DNA of 64,000 nucleotides from Candidatus Palauibacter irciniicola (GTDB lineage Bacteria; Gemmatimonadota; Gemmatimonadetes; Palauibacterales; Palauibacteraceae): the NCBI GenBank assembly GCA_009836005.1, contig VXWG01000010.1, forward strand, positions 69,675-133,674. The letters are read 5' to 3'. Positions 9,743 to 19,551 of the stretch are shown piece after piece. Below the pieces are notes generated by a model. The model searched no databases, had not been told where the DNA came from, and was given only the letters and a program-made list of their open reading frames with translations. Position numbers and translations under genes: made by a program. The stretch's first letter is position 1. Each line of letters opens with the position of its first letter.

Positions 9743-9949
9743 TCAGGCGGTGCGCACGACGCGGGTCGCGTGCAGGCCCTTGTCCCCCTGCGTGAACTCG
9801 AAGTCCACTTCCATCCCTTCAACGAGCGTCTTGTACCCGTCCATGTCGATGGATGAGTAGTGGACGAAGACGTCATCGCCGCCGTCGGGTTGCTCGATGA
9901 AACCGTACCCCTTGGAGTCGTTGAACCACTTTACCGTACCTGATGGCAT
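9743..9949 (-). CDS. cspA: cold-shock protein (CspA family)
   Basis: MPSGTVKWFNDSKGYGFIEQPDGGDDVFVHYSSI contains the RNP1/RNP2 motifs. The start is taken at the internal Met of ORF 9743..10033, leaving a long 5' leader, as is typical of csp genes. Confidence 0.9.
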   Translation of the reverse strand: MPSGTVKWFNDSKGYGFIEQPDGGDDVFVHYSSIDMDGYKTLVEGMEVDFEFTQGDKGLHATRVVRTA

Positions 9950-10095
9950 CCTGCCTCCTGCGTACCTCGGTGATGGGTGTTGCGGGCGCTCCGCGCAGCT
10001 GGTTGTGCGTCGTTTTTTCGCGCCGCTGGACACGAGACGTTGCTATGCTATGCGAGCAATTTGGACCCGTCAACACGCCATCGGGAACGACCGTA

Positions 10096-12420
10096 TCAGG
10101 GGTTCGGAACGCCCAGGTCCGGGTACAGCAAGCGGTAGATTTCGGCCAGTTCCGTGACCGCCCGGACGTACTCGCGCGTCTCCCGGTAGGGGATCCGCTC
10201 GACCAGTTGTTCCTCGTCCGAGAACTCCGGGAAGTCGCGCCAGCGCGTGTAGCGATGGGGGCCGGCGTTGTACGAGATCATCCCCGCGATATCGAAGCCG
10301 TCGAAGCGGCCGAGAACTTCCGCCAGGTACCGGGTCCCGAGCATCAGGTTGACCTGCGGGACCGTGAGCTGGTGACGGCGATAGCCTGCGAGTCCGGCGC
10401 GGGACGAGACGTTGCGGGCCGTCTCCGGCAGGAGTTGCATGAGACCGATGGCATTGGCGACGGAACGGATTTCGGGGTCGAACATCGACTCGCGACGCGA
10501 GAGGCCGGCGACGAAGTGCGGCGGGAGTCCGTTCCGCTCGGCCGCGGCGACGAGGGCCTCGCGGAAGGGCAGCGGATAGATCGCTTCGAGGAGCGGGCGG
10601 GTCCAGCGGCCGCGAATCGCCTGCGCCCTCCACCCCTCGCGAATCCCCTCCCGCGTCCATTCCGCCGCGTTCAGGGCGTGCGCGAAGGCAAGGATCGCGC
10701 CGTAGGTCGACGGTCCGCGCGCGCTGGCGCGTCGGTATTCCCGGCGCGCGCGTTCGGGCCACCCGACCTCTCGCAACTCGTTCATGCGCCGGAGCGCGGC
10801 CGCGTGGATGGGATCGAGGTCGGGCAACGGCTCGGCGTCCCCGAGTCCGACCGCGGCCAGGCGATCCGTGCCGGTGCGCGGCTCCGCGAGGATGGCGTAG
10901 TAGTCGAGCGGGTTGTACCTGAGGGCGCGGGCGTAGAAGGCGCTCGCGCCCTGGGTGTCGTCCAGCGCTTCCGCGACCTTGCCGCCCCAGTAGATCGCTC
11001 CCTGGATCCACTCGCCCTCCGGGTAGCGCTCGCGGTATTCGGCCAGGAGCGAGCGCGCCTCCTCGTAACGGCCCTCGTGGTACGCGAGGAGAGCGAGCCG
11101 TTCCAGCGACCGCATCCCGTAGCTCGCTCCCGGGAACGCGCGGTACGAGCGTTCGAAGCCCTCCGCGGCGATGTCGGGGCGACCGGCATCGTGCTCGAGG
11201 TCCGGCAGGAGGTAGGCGGCGCGGGCGGCGACATCGCCCGAGCCCCGGGCGGCCGTCTCGTGCGCCTCCTCGGCGTCGCCGTGGCGCCCGAGCGCGCGGT
11301 AGATGCTGGCGGCGAGCATCCACAGCGACGCGCGGGGCGCGGTGACGGAAGCGGGGTCGCCGGTCCACGGGGCCAGCGCCTCCGCCGCCCGCCCGGGAGC
11401 GCCCAGCGCCATGTACGCCGATGCGAGGGATTCGGCGATGCCCGGGCGTTCGGCCGCCGGTGCGAGTTCCAGCGCCTCCGCCAGGTAGCCGGCGCCGCGC
11501 GAGTGACGCCCGGCGCGGGTGTCCGAGCGCCCGACATCGCGCAGCGTCCGCCAAGATCGCGTGAGTGCGAGGAGGGCGGGTCCCGTCTCCGGCGTCTGGA
11601 GGCCTCTCCTGATCGCATCCGCGAAGGCCGACGCGGCCGAGGCGGAGTCCCCGGTCGCCAGGTAGTGCGGTCCGAGGTGCCGGGCGGCGAGGACGTTCCG
11701 GACGCCCTGGCCGCCGCGGCTCGCGAGCGCGGCCCCGCGTTCGGGATCCTCCAGCTCGAACGCCAGGCGGGCTGCCGGGAGGAGCGCGGAATCCGCCGGC
11801 ACGCGGGCCTCGCGCACGATCGAATCGGCGAGGGCGAAGGCGTCTCGGTCCTCGGCCTCCGCCACGGCGTAGAGGCGTGAGAGCCGCAACCACGGAGCGA
11901 GTTCCGGGTGTTCGCCCTCCGCGAGCGCGAGCTGGTCCCGCGCTTCGTACCACTGGTAGCGCCGGTAGGACACGCGGGCGAACTCGACCCGCGCACGGAG
12001 CGGAGGCGTCCCGTCGATCCCGTCCAGATACGCGCGGTAGTGCGCCGCGGACCGGGTCAGGCTGTCGAGCCCCGCGTACGCCCGCGCCAGGAGGAGCGTG
12101 GCCTGCGACCGCGCGGCCGGCGTCGAGCCGTCACGCTCCGAGAGGAGGCCCAGCACGGAAGCCCATGCCCGCTGATCCGCGAGGGCCCGTGCCGCCAGCA
12201 GCACGGCCTCGTCGCCCTCCAACTCGCCCGCGGCGAGCGCGGGCGCCAGGAGAGCCGATGCCGAGACCGGCATCCGGGCATCGAGAAGGTGCCGCGCCCG
12301 TTCCAGCACATCGGGGCCGGGCGTGCGTGCCGTGTTCCCGGCCTGCGCGGCGAGCGCGGACGCCAGGACCAGCGTCAGTAGCGACCCCAGCCAGGGACCG
12401 CGTACCCGGTGGATGCGCAC
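10096..12420 (-). CDS. slt: soluble lytic murein transglycosylase (Slt70-like: superhelical TPR-like domain plus C-terminal SLT domain)
   Basis: C-terminal SLT catalytic motifs (GLSRRESMFDPEIRSVANAIGLMQLLPETA...MISYNAGPHRY) follow a long Ala/Leu-rich helical repeat region. The likely start is GTG near 12420 or 12450, just before the signal peptide RVRGPWLGSLLTLVLASALAAQA; the upstream Arg-rich extension is probably not translated. Confidence 0.8.
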   Translation of the reverse strand: MRIHRVRGPWLGSLLTLVLASALAAQAGNTARTPGPDVLERARHLLDARMPVSASALLAPALAAGELEGDEAVLLAARALADQRAWASVLGLLSERDGSTPAARSQATLLLARAYAGLDSLTRSAAHYRAYLDGIDGTPPLRARVEFARVSYRRYQWYEARDQLALAEGEHPELAPWLRLSRLYAVAEAEDRDAFALADSIVREARVPADSALLPAARLAFELEDPERGAALASRGGQGVRNVLAARHLGPHYLATGDSASAASAFADAIRRGLQTPETGPALLALTRSWRTLRDVGRSDTRAGRHSRGAGYLAEALELAPAAERPGIAESLASAYMALGAPGRAAEALAPWTGDPASVTAPRASLWMLAASIYRALGRHGDAEEAHETAARGSGDVAARAAYLLPDLEHDAGRPDIAAEGFERSYRAFPGASYGMRSLERLALLAYHEGRYEEARSLLAEYRERYPEGEWIQGAIYWGGKVAEALDDTQGASAFYARALRYNPLDYYAILAEPRTGTDRLAAVGLGDAEPLPDLDPIHAAALRRMNELREVGWPERARREYRRASARGPSTYGAILAFAHALNAAEWTREGIREGWRAQAIRGRWTRPLLEAIYPLPFREALVAAAERNGLPPHFVAGLSRRESMFDPEIRSVANAIGLMQLLPETARNVSSRAGLAGYRRHQLTVPQVNLMLGTRYLAEVLGRFDGFDIAGMISYNAGPHRYTRWRDFPEFSDEEQLVERIPYRETREYVRAVTELAEIYRLLYPDLGVPNP

Positions 12421-12669
12421 GAGGCGCCGGATTCGCCGCTGAACATGCACAGGAAGGCCTCCTTCCACGTCGTCCCCACCCCATTTCGCGCCGGGGCCTG
12501 GCACTGCTGGCCTGCGGCCCGACACCGAACTTCGACGCTCTGGTGCCCTCGATGCAAGCGGAAGGCCCCCGGCCTCCACACGAAAAACGGCCCGCCGGGA
12601 TGGCGGGCCGCTTGTTCGGAACCCCTCGTGCGCGCCGGGAACGCCCCGGCGACCGGCTTTTCCCTTCTT

Positions 12670-13344
12670 CTAGCCGGCCGCGCGCTCGTGCAGCGCGTCG
12701 ATGAGACGCTGGGCGCTCTCTTCCATGTCGATGACGAGGCGGTCGATCTTCGTCACGAAGTAGTTGTGGAAGATGTTGATCGGAATCGCGATCGTGAGAC
12801 CCGTGGCGGTCGTGATGAGCGCCACCTTGATCCCGCCGGCGACCAGCGTGGCTTCCACCTCGCCCGCGATCTCGATAGCCTGGAAGGCCATGATCATCCC
12901 GATCACGGTCCCGAGGAAGCCGAGGAGCGGAGCGACGTTGGACAGCGTCGCCAGCCACACGAGACCCTTCTCGAGCCCCGCGACTTCGATGGCGCCGGCG
13001 TTCTCCACCGCCTGCGTCGCGCGGTCGGTCCCTTCGTTGTAGCGCGAGAGCCCCGCGCTGAGGACGTTCCCCGCCGGAGCGCCGGACTCTGTGCAGACTT
13101 CGAGCGCCTCATCGAGGTTACCGGCGGCGATCTGTTCGTCGGCTTCCCGGAGAACGGTCTTGTTCTTGCCGCCCTTCAACTGCAGGTCGACGAGCTTCCA
13201 GAGGATGATGAGGACTCCAATGGCGAGCGCGGCCCCCAGCGGCCACATCATCCAACCCCCGGCCTCCCAGATCTCCGCCAGATTGAGCGTCTGACCCTCA
13301 CCCAGCGTCAGTGTCTCCTGCAACCAGAGTTTGGACGCGATCAA
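12670..13344 (-). CDS. MotA/TolQ/ExbB-family proton-channel protein
   Basis: 224 aa, three transmembrane segments, and the family signature region LSNVAPLLGFLGTVIGMIMAF. No ExbD/TolR partner is adjacent. Confidence 0.8.
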   Translation of the reverse strand: MIASKLWLQETLTLGEGQTLNLAEIWEAGGWMMWPLGAALAIGVLIILWKLVDLQLKGGKNKTVLREADEQIAAGNLDEALEVCTESGAPAGNVLSAGLSRYNEGTDRATQAVENAGAIEVAGLEKGLVWLATLSNVAPLLGFLGTVIGMIMAFQAIEIAGEVEATLVAGGIKVALITTATGLTIAIPINIFHNYFVTKIDRLVIDMEESAQRLIDALHERAAG

Positions 13345-13475
13345 GGTGGTCCTCCCGGTAAGCGGTAAGGTTCATCGATTGACTGACTCGCAACGTCCGG
13401 CGCGGATGCGCCCGAGTACGAGCGGAACCAAGCTAGAAGCGGTCTGCGGGACCGTCAAGCGGCAGAACGGGACCG

Positions 13476-14315
13476 CTACCGGCGCCAGAGCCAGGCGCCG
13501 GAGCGGTGGACGCGCTCGTAGCGTGTCGCCAGGCGGATCAGAGCCGTGGAGGTCGCGATCGCGGCCGAAGGGTTCGCCGGGGCGGCGGCGGGCGCGGCGG
13601 GCGCACCGAACGCGCGGGCCACGTGGTCCGCGAGGCGCTCGACGATGAGGCGGCCGTCGGGCAGCGGGTCGAGCAACTCGTTCAGGCCGATCGCGGGTCC
13701 CTTCCCGGAGACCTCGGCCTCGGCGCGCTCATGCGGCCCGACATCGCGTCCGTCCAGGTCGCCGAGGCGCTGCCTGTCCTCCAGAAGGATGGACCCGTGC
13801 TGAAGCAGGCCCCCGTGGCGGCGGCACTGGGCGCTGCCCACGAGCTTGCGGCCGCGCGCGGTGAGTTCTTCCGGGGCGGGATCGCGAAAGCAGCTCGCGG
13901 CGGAGATGCGGGCGGCCTCGGCGACACTCGCCTCCGCATCGTCGCCCCGAACCGCGTCGAGCGGGACGCCCAGGGCGCACAGCCCCTCGGCCAGTGCACG
14001 GTGCACGGCTTGCAGCACGGCCCGGGGCCCGCCCCACGCCCGCGCCGGACACGAGAAGGCGTACGTAATCTCGGGTCCGTGAAAGACGGATCGGCCGCCC
14101 GTCGGCCGCCGAACGGCGTCGACGCCGGGGCGGAGGTCGTCGGGAGAACGCCCGAGCAGCCGGTCCGGCGCCTCCTGATGCCGCCCGAGCGACAGGCACC
14201 AGGGGTCCCAGCCGTAAAACCGGAGGAGCGTCGAACCGCCCGCGGCGAGTTCGAGCATCGCCTCGTCCACGGCCATGTTGCGGGCGCCGTCCGCCACGGC
14301 GTAGGGGAGTACGAC
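13476..14315 (-). CDS. lplA: lipoate-protein ligase A-family protein (BPL/LPL catalytic domain)
   Basis: GRKLVGSAQCRRHGGLLQHGSILL matches the LplA lysine motif (GRKxSGSA...HHGTLL). The N-terminal region NMAVDEAMLE...LLRFYGWDPWCLSLGRHQ also fits. The true start is uncertain, around 14276-14320; the ORF's Arg-rich N-terminal extension is discounted. Confidence 0.7.
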   Translation of the reverse strand, partial: VVLPYAVADGARNMAVDEAMLELAAGGSTLLRFYGWDPWCLSLGRHQEAPDRLLGRSPDDLRPGVDAVRRPTGGRSVFHGPEITYAFSCPARAWGGPRAVLQAVHRALAEGLCALGVPLDAVRGDDAEASVAEAARISAASCFRDPAPEELTARGRKLVGSAQCRRHGGLLQHGSILLEDRQRLGDLDGRDVGPHERAEAEVSGKGPAIGLNELLDPLPDGRLIVERLADHVARAFGAPAAPAAAPANPSAAIATSTALIRLATRYERVHRSGAWLWRR

Positions 14316-14356
14316 GCACGGAGATCCCCGGGGCCGGGCAGGGGCGCCCCGCGCGG

Positions 14357-15049
14357 TCACAACTCCAGAGCCTCTCCGGGCTGGAGGATCACGACCTCGG
14401 CGGTGTCGCCCACGGCGTCCACGAAGCGGGCCGGATCGACGTCGATCAATTCCCATGTGCCGTAGTGGTTCGGAACGGCGATGCGGGGCTCGATCATCTC
14501 GATCGCGCGCGCGGCGTCCTCGGGGCCCATCGTGAAGTTGTCGCCGATCGGCACCAGCGCCACGTCCACCTCCCCGTTCAGAAGCTCCATGTCGCGCGTG
14601 AGCCCCGTATCTCCGGCGTGGTAGACGCGCGTGCCGTCCACGGTGAGGAGGATGCCGGCGGGCGTCGTCGTGTACGCCTCCGCGCCCGGCGCGTCGATCT
14701 TCCCGCCGTGGAGGGCCACGGTGAGCTTGACGCGCCCGAACGGGAACTCGTGGGCGCCGCCGATGTGCATGGGGTGGGCGTTCGCGTGCCCCTGCACCTC
14801 CCCGGCGTACGACACGATCTCGTACGTGGCGATGAGCGTCGCGTCCGTCGCCTCGAGGATGTCCCAGGCGTCCGCGATGTGGTCGCCGTGCCCGTGCGTG
14901 AGGAGGAGATAGTCGAGGCGGTCCGTGAAGTGCTCCGGTCCGACGACCGCCACGGGATTCCCGGTCAGAAACGGGTCGATGAGGATCCGCGTGCCGTCCG
15001 CCGTTTCGATCTCGTAGCAGCTCTGGCCGTGAAAGACGAGTCGCGCCAT
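14357..15049 (-). CDS. metal-dependent hydrolase, MBL fold (UPF0173 family)
   Basis: 229 aa starting MARLVFHGQSCYEI, with a LLTHGHGDHI motif. A GGAGGG RBS lies upstream of the ATG at 15049. The ORF track's 651-aa extension is Arg-rich and spurious. Confidence 0.8.
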   Translation of the reverse strand: MARLVFHGQSCYEIETADGTRILIDPFLTGNPVAVVGPEHFTDRLDYLLLTHGHGDHIADAWDILEATDATLIATYEIVSYAGEVQGHANAHPMHIGGAHEFPFGRVKLTVALHGGKIDAPGAEAYTTTPAGILLTVDGTRVYHAGDTGLTRDMELLNGEVDVALVPIGDNFTMGPEDAARAIEMIEPRIAVPNHYGTWELIDVDPARFVDAVGDTAEVVILQPGEALEL

Positions 15050-15075
15050 TCGCTTCCCTCCTGGATCCTGTTGTC

Positions 15076-17973
15076 CTACTCCGCTGTTTCGGCGGCCTCG
15101 TAGCTCTCGATCGGCGGACACGCGCAGATGAGGTTCCGGTCGCCGTACGCGTTGTTCACGCGGCGCACGGGCGGCCAGAACTTCCACTCCCGGGTCGAAG
15201 GCGCCGGCCAGGCGGCTTCCCGCCGCGTGTAGGCGTGGTCCCATGCATCGTCCGTGACCATCTCCGCGGTGTGGGGCGCGTTCTTCAGCGGATTGTCCTT
15301 CGCATCCAGCGTCCCCTCCGCGATCCTCCGAATCTCCTCGCGAATCGAGACCAGGGCGTGGACGAGCCGGTCCAGTTCCCGCTTCGACTCGCTCTCCGTG
15401 GGCTCGATCATGATGGTTCCCGCGACCGGGAAGGACATCGTGGGCGCGTGGAATCCGTAGTCCATGAGCCGCTTCGCGACATCCTCGTCCGTCACGCCCG
15501 TCCCCCGCCTGAGCGGACGCAGATCGAGGATGAACTCGTGCGCGACGCGCCCGTGCTCGCCCTGGTAGAGGACGTCGAAGTGCTCGCTGAGAAGGCTGGC
15601 CATGTAGTTCGCGTTGAGGACGGCCGCCTCCGTCGCCGCGCGCACGCCGTCGCGGCCGAGCATGGCGATGTAGGCCCACGAGATGAGCAGAATCGAAGCG
15701 CTCCCCCACGGCGCCGCCGACACCGGTGGGATCGCGGTTTCGCCGCCGACATCGACGAGCGGGTGTCCCGGCAGGTACGGCGCAAGTTCGTCGGTGACGC
15801 AGATCGGGCCCATCCCCGGGCCCCCGCCGCCGTGCGGAATGGCGAACGTCTTGTGGAGGTTGATGTGGATGACGTCGGCGCCGTAATCGCCCGGCCGGCA
15901 GAGGCCGACCTGGGCGTTGAGGTTGGCGCCATCCAGGTACACGAGTCCGCCGTGCTCGTGGACGATGTCCGTCACCTCGCGGATCGCCGACTCGAACACG
16001 CCGTGGGTGGAGGGATAGGTGATCATCGTCGCCGCGAGCCGGTCGGCGTGTTTCTCCGCCTTGGCGCGCAGATCCTCGACGTCGATGTTCCCGTTCTCGT
16101 CGCAGCGGACGACCACGACCTTCATCCCGGCCATGACCGCGCTCGCGGGGTTCGTCCCGTGCGCCGACGATGGGATGAGGCACACGTCCCGGTGTCCCTC
16201 GCCCCGGTCCTCGTGTCGGGCCGCGATCACGAGCAGGCCGGTGTATTCGCCCTGCGCCCCGGAGTTCGGCTGCAGCGAGCAGGCGGGCAGTCCGCTGATC
16301 TCGCACAGCCACCGCTCCAGCTCGTCGAACAGGCGCCGATAACCCTCGGCCTGGTCCACGGGGGCGAACGGGTGCAGCGACCCGAACTCCGGCCAGGTGA
16401 CGGGGATCATCTCGGAGGTCGCGTTGAGCTTCATCGTGCAGGATCCGAGCGGGATCATGCTCGTGTTCAGCGACAGGTCGCGGGTTTCGAGCCGATGGAT
16501 GTAGCGCAGCATTTCGGTCTCGGAATGGTACCGGTTGAAGACCGGGTGCTCGAGGTAGTCCGAGGTGCGCGCGAGTTCCGCGGGATAGACGGGTTCCGGA
16601 ATGTCCGCAGCGACGTCTCCGGCGCCGAGTTGCGGCCCGCCCTCGCTCCCGAAGACGGCGAACAGGTCATCGAGATCCTCGCCGCGCACCGTCTCGTCGA
16701 GCGCGATCCCGACGGTCCCATCCTCGAAGTCCCGCAGGTTGATGCCGCGTTCGCGCGCCCTGGCGAGAATGTCGGCGGAGGTGAAGCCCGAGGGGATGAC
16801 CTGCAGGGTGTCGAAGAACTGCTCGTGAACGATCGTGTGCCCGAGCCGCTCGAGTCCACGGGCGAGGGTCCACGTCAACTTGCGGACGCGGGTCGCGATG
16901 GCGCGGATGCCCTCCGGACCGTGATACACGGCGTACATCCCGGCCATGATCGCGAGCAGCACCTGGGCCGTGCAGATGTTCGAGGTCGCCTTCTCCCGCC
17001 GGATGTGCTGCTCGCGCGTCTGCAGGGCCATGCGGAGCGCCGGGTTCCCGTCCGCGTCGACCGAGACCCCGATGATCCGCCCCGGCATCTTGCGCTTGAA
17101 CGCGTCGGTGGCCGCGATGTAGGCGGCGTGCGGTCCCCCGTAGCCCATGGGTACGCCGAACCGCTGGGAGTTGCCGACGGCGATGTCCGCGCCGAACTCG
17201 CCCGGCGGCACGAGCAGGGCGAGGGCGAGCAGATCCGCCGCGACCACGACCCCGGCGCCGTGCTCGTGAAGCGCGTCGCAGAGCCCCCGATAGTCGAGGA
17301 CGGCGCCTTCGGTGGTCGGGTACTGCAGGAGCGCGCCGAAGGCGTCGTCCGGATCGTGCGCCGCGATGTCGCCGTGCTGGAAGAGCCGGACCTGGATGCC
17401 GAGCGGCCGGGCGCGGCCGTGGACTACAGCGACGGTCTGGGGGTGGCAGGCCTCGGAGACGAGGAAGACGTTCCGTTCGTCGCTCCCCCTGCTGCCCCAG
17501 AGCATGAGCATCGCCTCCGCCGCGGCGGTTCCCTCGTCCAGGAGCGAGGCGTTCGCGATCGGAAGCCCCGTGAGGTCGATGACCATCGTCTGGAAGTTGA
17601 GCAGCGCCTCGAGGCGCCCCTGAGAGATCTCGGCCTGATAGGGCGTATACTGTGTATACCAGCCGGGGTTCTCCATGATGTTCCGGAGGATGACGCCGGG
17701 TGTCAGGGTCCCGTGGTACCCCAGGCCGAGATAGGAACGGAAGGGGCGGTTGAGGCTGGCGAGTTCCGCCGCGCGATCGAGGAGCCTTCTCTCGGTGATC
17801 GCTTCCGGAAGGTCGAGGTCGCGACGCAGGCGGATCGGCTCCGGAACGGTCTCGTCAACGAGTTCGCCCAGGCTCTTCGCGCCGGTCACCTCCAGCATCG
17901 GACCGATATCCGAGGGCGCCAGTCCTGTGTGGCGCCCGGCGAACTCGCCGAACGGCTCCATCTCGAACTGCAT
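15076..17973 (-). CDS. gcvP: glycine dehydrogenase (decarboxylating), single-chain P-protein
   Basis: 965 aa with tandem PLP-fold halves and an N-terminus typical of GcvP ([45 protein letters not shown]). Confidence 0.95.
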   Translation of the reverse strand: MQFEMEPFGEFAGRHTGLAPSDIGPMLEVTGAKSLGELVDETVPEPIRLRRDLDLPEAITERRLLDRAAELASLNRPFRSYLGLGYHGTLTPGVILRNIMENPGWYTQYTPYQAEISQGRLEALLNFQTMVIDLTGLPIANASLLDEGTAAAEAMLMLWGSRGSDERNVFLVSEACHPQTVAVVHGRARPLGIQVRLFQHGDIAAHDPDDAFGALLQYPTTEGAVLDYRGLCDALHEHGAGVVVAADLLALALLVPPGEFGADIAVGNSQRFGVPMGYGGPHAAYIAATDAFKRKMPGRIIGVSVDADGNPALRMALQTREQHIRREKATSNICTAQVLLAIMAGMYAVYHGPEGIRAIATRVRKLTWTLARGLERLGHTIVHEQFFDTLQVIPSGFTSADILARARERGINLRDFEDGTVGIALDETVRGEDLDDLFAVFGSEGGPQLGAGDVAADIPEPVYPAELARTSDYLEHPVFNRYHSETEMLRYIHRLETRDLSLNTSMIPLGSCTMKLNATSEMIPVTWPEFGSLHPFAPVDQAEGYRRLFDELERWLCEISGLPACSLQPNSGAQGEYTGLLVIAARHEDRGEGHRDVCLIPSSAHGTNPASAVMAGMKVVVVRCDENGNIDVEDLRAKAEKHADRLAATMITYPSTHGVFESAIREVTDIVHEHGGLVYLDGANLNAQVGLCRPGDYGADVIHINLHKTFAIPHGGGGPGMGPICVTDELAPYLPGHPLVDVGGETAIPPVSAAPWGSASILLISWAYIAMLGRDGVRAATEAAVLNANYMASLLSEHFDVLYQGEHGRVAHEFILDLRPLRRGTGVTDEDVAKRLMDYGFHAPTMSFPVAGTIMIEPTESESKRELDRLVHALVSIREEIRRIAEGTLDAKDNPLKNAPHTAEMVTDDAWDHAYTRREAAWPAPSTREWKFWPPVRRVNNAYGDRNLICACPPIESYEAAETAE

Positions 17974-17989
17974 GTTCAGGAGCGGGCCG

Positions 17990-18391
17990 TCAGATCTCGT
18001 CCGCGTCGGCGACGAGAGCGGCGTATTGTTCGGCGGTGAGGAGGTCGTTGAAGTCCTCGGGCGCTTCCAGCTCGAGCCGGATCATCCATCCTTCACCGTA
18101 GGGATCGCTGTTGACGAGACCGGGGTCGGCCTCCAGCGCGTCGTTCACGGCCACGATCGCGCCCGCCGCGGGACAGAAGAGTTCGGAGACGGTCTTCACG
18201 GCCTCGACGGTGCCGAAGGCCTCCATCTGGCCGAACTCGTCGCCGGGCGCGGGGAGTTCGACGTAGACCACATCGCCCAGTTCGCCCTGGGCGTAGTCCG
18301 TGATCCCGATCAAGACCTCGCCGTCGACATCGGTTTCCCGCACGTATTCGTGCTCGGGCGTGTATCTGAGGTCTTCCGGAATGTCCGACAT
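17990..18391 (-). CDS. gcvH: glycine cleavage system H protein
   Basis: 133 aa with the lipoyl-lysine motif region [12 protein letters not shown]. It lies 16 nt upstream of gcvP. Confidence 0.9.
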   Translation of the reverse strand: MSDIPEDLRYTPEHEYVRETDVDGEVLIGITDYAQGELGDVVYVELPAPGDEFGQMEAFGTVEAVKTVSELFCPAAGAIVAVNDALEADPGLVNSDPYGEGWMIRLELEAPEDFNDLLTAEQYAALVADADEI

Positions 18392-18496
18392 GCGTACCTT
18401 GCCTTGCTTCGGATCGAGCGTCTCTGGGGTGGCGGCGGTGGAGACTATATCCGAGCCGCGAGCCGGGCGTCAAGCAACTCCGCGCCAGGGTCGACA

Positions 18497-19174
18497 CTAG
18501 TCGCCCGAAGCGAGTCTTCGCCGGGCTTTGCGATCCTTTCTGATCCGCTTCCGCGCCTCCCGCGCGCTCTCGCCCGGGTGCCGCTCGACGACGTCGACCC
18601 CGCCCATGCAAACGAGACCGCTGAGGCGGATGACGGGAGCGTCCTGGGCCGGGGGCGTGACGGGTTCGGGCATCGTGACGCCCCCCATCAGCGCGATGCC
18701 GCCCCACTCGACGCGGACCCCGGGAGGGACGACGATGTCGACGCCTCCCATGAGCGCGAGGAGCCGGACCGAAACCGTCTCGGTCGCGAATGCCGCCTGC
18801 CGAAAATCGAGATCCGTACCCCCCATCACGGTGACGGCGGTGAGCTGGCGGGGAGGCACCCAACTGCCCTTGCGTTCCGTCGCCCCCCAGATCGAGACGA
18901 TGAGGTCGTGCTCCTGGACGGGTCGCGCCGGATCCACCGGCACGGAGGCGGTCGGCGGAGGCTCGGGGGCCGCCGGGCGGGTTTCGCCCCGGAGTGACGG
19001 GAGGTCTCGCTCGAGCGCGACGAGTTCCGCCCGGGTGCGCGCGGCGTACGCGATATCCAGGCGGCGTTCCAGTTCCGTGGTGTTCATGGCGTCGCGCGCG
19101 AAATGCGCGCAGAGACGGTCCACCGTCGCCTGCCGCTCCTCCGGCGACAACGCCCTCTTTTCGCTGTCCTTCAT
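18497..19174 (-). CDS. DUF1707-domain protein with a C-terminal LiaF-like repeated MGG(V/T)D motif domain
   Basis: The N-terminus SPEERQATVDRLCAHFARDAMNTTELERRLDIAYAARTRAEL matches the DUF1707 pattern. The C-terminus carries four MGGxD(I/V)VV-type repeats. Confidence 0.55.
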   Translation of the reverse strand: MKDSEKRALSPEERQATVDRLCAHFARDAMNTTELERRLDIAYAARTRAELVALERDLPSLRGETRPAAPEPPPTASVPVDPARPVQEHDLIVSIWGATERKGSWVPPRQLTAVTVMGGTDLDFRQAAFATETVSVRLLALMGGVDIVVPPGVRVEWGGIALMGGVTMPEPVTPPAQDAPVIRLSGLVCMGGVDVVERHPGESAREARKRIRKDRKARRRLASGD

Positions 19175-19329
19175 CTCCTCCTCGCCGTCTGGCCGGCATG
19201 ATTCTCACGCAAGGTGACGGGGCCGGCAGGCCGCGGCAAAACTTGCCGCACGGGCGAGCGCACGGCATCATGGCGCACAGCAGGTGTTTTCGTGCCCTAT
19301 CGGTGAACCCCTTGGAAGGAGGTGATCTA

Positions 19330-19395
19330 GTGTCTGCAGGATGTAGAACCGGGTCTGACTCGGCACGGGCAAGCGATCGCCTCGAGGCTGCGTAA
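19330..19395 (+). CDS. candidate small ORF / leader peptide (21 codons, GTG start)
   Basis: It is preceded by GGAAGGAGGTGATC at 19315-19328, of which 12 nt are perfectly complementary to the 16S 3' tail, with a 1-nt spacer to GTG. It encodes V/M-SAGCRTGSDSARASDRLEAA and lies in an otherwise gene-free 377-nt intergenic region. Confidence 0.3.
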   Translation: MSAGCRTGSDSARASDRLEAA

Positions 19396-19491
19396 CCGGT
19401 CCTGAACCGGTGGCGCTCGAGACATGCGCCGACCTGAAAGCTGCGGTGCCTCGCCGGCGTCGCGTCGAGTCAGGTTTCGGTTGAGACAAGA

Positions 19492-19531
19492 GCCGGCCGC
19501 GGGCTTCACGCTCGCGGCCGGCTTCCTTTTC
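19492..19531 (+). terminator. intrinsic-terminator-like hairpin 20 nt upstream of the dapF start
   Basis: GCCGGCCGCG(GG)...(CT)CGCGGCCGGC forms a 10-12 bp GC stem, followed by TTCCTTTTC. There is no plus-strand protein gene upstream, so this is an orphan terminator/attenuator. Confidence 0.5.
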
Positions 19532-19551
19532 ATCCCCCCTCTGCTCTGAAA

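Noticed and set aside
9943-12704. Large ORFs 9943..11880 (+), 10070..11953 (-), 10782..11996 (-), 11877..12704 (+) overlapping slt
   Set aside because: They are alternative frames of the slt gene with Arg/Pro-rich composition. The slt frame (10096..12420) carries the SLT catalytic motifs.
14357-16312. 651-aa ORF fusing the MBL hydrolase with an upstream Arg-rich extension; similarly the 443-aa, 447-aa and 357-aa extended ORFs at 21367..22698, 22173..23516 and 44833..45906
   Set aside because: The N-terminal extensions are Arg/Gly-rich and overlap neighbouring real genes (gcvP, the membrane protein, the SDR). Internal starts with RBS or overlap-coupled starts give proteins of family-typical length.
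19175-19551. Known structured RNAs (lysine riboswitch, SRP RNA, RNase P RNA, tmRNA, 6S) in the dapF upstream region
   Set aside because: Partial resemblances were noticed (GGATGTAG as in 4.5S RNA; GAGGCTGCG vs the L-box AGAGGCGC), but no consistent consensus or structure could be supported by eye. The region is left as an uncharacterised leader/sORF.
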